A stretch of 38,754 nucleotides of DNA. Origin: Octopus bimaculoides. Taxonomy: Eukaryota. Position 1 is the stretch's first letter; every line of letters begins with the position of its first letter. Shown piece after piece: positions 35,086 through 38,754 of this stretch. The notes under the pieces are model-generated. The model searched no databases and was not told the origin of the DNA. It saw only the letters and a list, made by a program, of their open reading frames with translations. The stretch covers positions 73,301,202 to 73,339,955 of the forward strand of contig NC_068984.1 in assembly GCF_001194135.2 (NCBI RefSeq), written 5' to 3'. The position numbers were made by a program, and so were the translations under genes.

Positions 35086-37334
35086 ATAGAGAGATACGGG
35101 CAGACATACAGAGGTATTTAAGTAATTGTTGCATGCTCTGGCTTACGACACTGAGCAATATTAATCATGTAACACGAACTTCGAATGTCATACACTCTTT
35201 TGGCTCGGCGTGATATGAATCGCATTAATTTGTTTACACATACTAAAACAGTTCAAATACTTACAGAACGTACGGAATTTATACCAGTTACTTTCATTTC
35301 TCTTATTTTATATTCCTTCATTTCTCTGTAAGCCAAAATCACTAGCCTCTTGGAATATGAACTAAATATATTTTTTAATTGTTGTTCAAGTGTGTCTTCG
35401 TGTTTAGTCTTATGTCAGACCTAGTCAAGTTGGTCTATGATTGATGTGATTCGATATCCTATATCACAGTAGGCCCACCTATATTATCCATTATATGTTT
35501 TCGTTCAAGATGTGAGCGTGAGAAATGAAAGATATTCGGTTGCTATTTGTAGCAGACCAAACAAATGCTCAGAGTATTTTATTATTTCAAATATTTTAGA
35601 TATTTTCCCTCACTGTGCTGTGACATATTTTAAACAAGTGAAAATTTACCCATAAGATGTGTTGGCTATAGCTATATAGTTAACCAACCACGTATTAGTG
35701 ACCAAAGTAACAAGCCGTCGACTCGACAGGATATTTTTCTATAAACAAGTTTCATTCACCTTCATTAATTAACATCAAAGTAATATCTCAACAGGGAAGG
35801 AACTCTGACTAAATGTTAGTTTTATCATCATATTTTTTTTCTTTTATTCTTCTATTCTAGAATCCAACGCTTCACTGATAAAGTTACTTTGACGTCTATA
35901 AACTATGACTGTGCACTAATATGAATTTTCGTTTGCGATTTTTATTGATAAGTTTTTGTGAAGAGCGGTGGGGAAAATCATTCATATTTCTTTTCAATCA
36001 TCAGTTATTTTCGTTTTTATCACTATAGAAACCAGATATGTCTGTCCATTTTGTTTCTGCTACATGCTTATTTAATACCTCAATGTAACGTTAGACGATT
36101 CTATTGTTCTTTGAAGCAACATTGAGGCATTAACATTTGCAACAAGCTGAAAATGTAAGTGAAAAAAAAAATGGCCGGTAATACATAAGCGTTGTCATTA
36201 TTTGAAAAGATTATAAAAGAAAAGATTATTTGATGTTTCTCCTCTGCCGTTTTAGTACAATTGAACACATTCTCCAATGAATAGACAGCTTTATGCCGTT
36301 CAGTGTAACACCCAACAGAAGCTATACAGCATTTATTAACTGGGTGGAATGTAACTCTGCTAAGGTGTTAAAAGTTTATATGTATAGGAATGCTAATGAA
36401 ACATTAAGTCCCGGATGCATTGTCTTCAAATGGATGTATTGAGCCTTATAAAATCCGAACTATTCAATATTTACGTTCTGCGAAAGTGAAAGCTTTTAAT
36501 GTAACCGGAAAACGCTAAGTGGAAGTATTTCTTTTCTGAAAATGTATAACTCTGATAAAAACAGTACTGATCAGAGATATGTTTCACGCTTTCTTTAGAC
36601 CTTTATTCACGGTCTGTTGGTATTGGCTTTGATCAAATTATATCAAGGTTTCCATTGAAAGAGTTGTCACGACGCACAGTGTATATAATTAGCCACGAAT
36701 ATTACTTTTATTGCAAGGTCTGGGATTATTAGAGTTTTCCTAATCAGTGACTACCATCAAATATACGTCTCAATAAAATAGATTTACATAAGCTTTCAAA
36801 GATAATCAGCCTCTACTATTTTCATTTCTTTTTTTTTCTTCTTCTTTTCTTTCTCCTTCTTGCTTTGTTTTATCTTATTTCTTTCGATATGTTTTGATAC
36901 TTTATCTTTGCCTTTTGGTTTGTTTGTTTCGTTGTTTGCGGTTTATTTTTTTATTTTATTTTATTTATTTATTTATTTATTTTGCTATTACGCTTCAATT
37001 AAAATTAAGTCTTTAAACTGAAGATGCAGTCCAGTAGACTATCGCTGAATGAATAACTCAACACGGAGAAAAGTGTGAGACGTGTTGTCATTAGAATTAC
37101 TTGACTACATTAATTTTTATTCCTTTTCATATGAGATAAAAATGAACAGCACCGATCTAAATGCCTTACAGTAGCAACATTTAACTGCGTCCCTTTATTT
37201 TCAGCGTTCGAATCTGTCAAAGTGTGATTTTTGCCTGTTTTCTCTTAGTATTCATTAAAATAAATACTAGACATGTCCTGCTGTCAATTCAATTGACTAT
37301 AGCTTATATCCAAAGTAATTCATTACCATGTGAA

Positions 37335-37446
37335 AATCCTAGTACTTATTCTATCGGTCTCATTTGCCGAACTACTATTTATGGGGACGTAAACACATCA
37401 ACATCGGTTGTCAAACGATGGTAGGGGAACAAACACAGATGCACAA

Positions 37447-37450
<4 letters not shown>
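37335..37450 (-). mobile_element. Family-B SINE tail fragment
   Basis: CCTAGTACTTATTCTATCGGTCTC...GGGGACGTAAACAC matches 15977-16085. Confidence 0.8.
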
Positions 37451-37497
<47 letters not shown>

Positions 37498-38129
37498 NNN
37501 NNNNNNNNNNNNNNNNNNNNNNNNNNNNNNNNNNNNNNNNNNNNNNNNNNNNNNNNNNNNNNNNNNNNNNNNNNNNNNNNNNNNNNNNNNNNNNNNNNNN
37601 NNNNNNNNNNNNNNNNNNNNNNNNNNNNNNNNNNNNNNNNNNNNNNNNNNNNNNNNNNNNNNNNNNNNNNNNNNNNNNNNNNNNNNNNNNNNNNNNNNNN
37701 NNNNNNNNNNNNNNNNNNNNNNNNNNNNNNNNNNNNNNNNNNNNNNNNNNNNNNNNNNNNNNNNNNNNNNNNNNNNNNNNNNNNNNNNNNNNNNNNNNNN
37801 NNNNNNNNNNNNNNNNNNNNNNNNNNNNNNNNNNNNNNNNNNNNNNNNNNNNNNNNNNNNNNNNNNNNNNNNNNNNNNNNNNNNNNNNNNNNNNNNNNNN
37901 NNNNNNNNNNNNNNNNNNNNNNNNNNNNNNNNNNNNNNNNNNNNNNNNNNNNNNNNNNNNNNNNNNNNNNNNNNNNNNNNNNNNNNNNNNNNNNNNNNNN
38001 NNNNNNNNNNNNNNNNNNNNNNNNNNNNNNNNNNNNNNNNNNNNNNNNNNNNNNNNNNNNNNNNNNNNNNNNNNNNNNNNNNNNNNNNNNNNNNNNNNNN
38101 NNNNNNNNNNNNNNNNNNNNNNNNNNNNN
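37498..38129. other. Assembly gap
   Basis: N run. Confidence 1.
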
Positions 38130-38172
<43 letters not shown>

Positions 38173-38183
38173 ATGTATATATA

Positions 38184-38290
38184 CGTTTTACTTGTTTCAG
38201 TCATTGAATTAAGATACGGGGCCGTAAACAAACAAACACAAGCTGTCAAGCGGTAGGGACGGCACACAGAAGCAAAAATACACATGACCA
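38184..38290 (-). mobile_element. Internally deleted family-B SINE tail
   Basis: TTTTACTTGTTTCAGTCATT is joined to TACGGGGCCGTAAAC, skipping the middle of the tail seen at 15886-16085. Confidence 0.6.
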
Positions 38291-38378
38291 TCAATTCTCA
38301 CACACACACACACACATACATACATACACACATACATGCATACATACATACATACACATACCTACATATATATATGTG

Positions 38379-38449
<71 letters not shown>

Positions 38450-38516
38450 AAAGAAAGTGCTTTTTGTGTAAAGTCATCGCCCTGATGAAAGAATCCGTTG
38501 AATCCCTTGGACTTAC

Positions 38517-38608
38517 ATCGAATTTCGTGATACTCAAACTTATATGAATGATTTCTAAGGGATTATTGAGGCCGAAACTTTCGAAAATTGTGTTCTCATA
38601 TTTGCTTG
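38517..38608 (-). CDS. Candidate exon (SKYENTIFESFGLNNPLEIIHISLSITKFD)
   Basis: Acceptor aatgctttAG, 92-nt open frame, consensus donor GAT|GTAAGT. No recognised homology. Confidence 0.3.
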
Positions 38609-38639
38609 CTAAAGCATTAGGCTTTCTGTCACATTTGAC

Positions 38640-38739
38640 TCACGTGGGATCTTGGGCAATTCTCTTCTACTATAGCCTCGGGCCAATCAAAGCCTTGTGA
38701 GTGGATTTGGTAGGCGGAAACTGAGAGAAGCCCGTCGTA
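38640..38739 (+). mobile_element. Family-B SINE core fragment
   Basis: CTTGGGCAATTCTCTTCTACTATAGCCTCGGGCC...GAAGCCCGTCG followed by (TA)n. Confidence 0.85.
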
Positions 38740-38754
38740 TATATATATATATAT

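Noticed and set aside
36265-36365. Strong plus-strand polypyrimidine acceptor at about 36257, and a GTAAGT donor at about 36157
   Set aside because: All three frames downstream of the acceptor, and upstream of the donor from the best acceptor, hit stops.

Overview
AT-rich eukaryotic draft-genome DNA with seven N gaps (about 4.4 kb) and dense micro/minisatellites. Its SINE, MITE and LINE content resembles octopus (coleoid cephalopod) repeats as I recall them; that assignment is an inference. I could not identify any intact host gene. The main element is a frameshifted minus-strand Helitron (about 20416-24320). It keeps the HUH/Y2 Rep motifs, carries seven 23-aa STPR-like repeats at its N-terminus, and has an in-frame deletion of helicase motifs I-III. 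Other elements: a decayed LINE ORF1 with a frameshift-hidden CCHC knuckle; R4/Dong-type, Penelope, RTE and CR1-group fragments, four of them butted together at 10.2-11.5 kb; two tRNA-derived SINE families; Tc1/mariner and Tigger MITEs; Helentron-type HINEs; and a fold-back duplication carrying two oppositely oriented tRNA-Thr-like units. A few short open segments with canonical splice sites may be exons of an unidentified host gene (low confidence). ORF-track entries that span gaps or microsatellites are artefacts.
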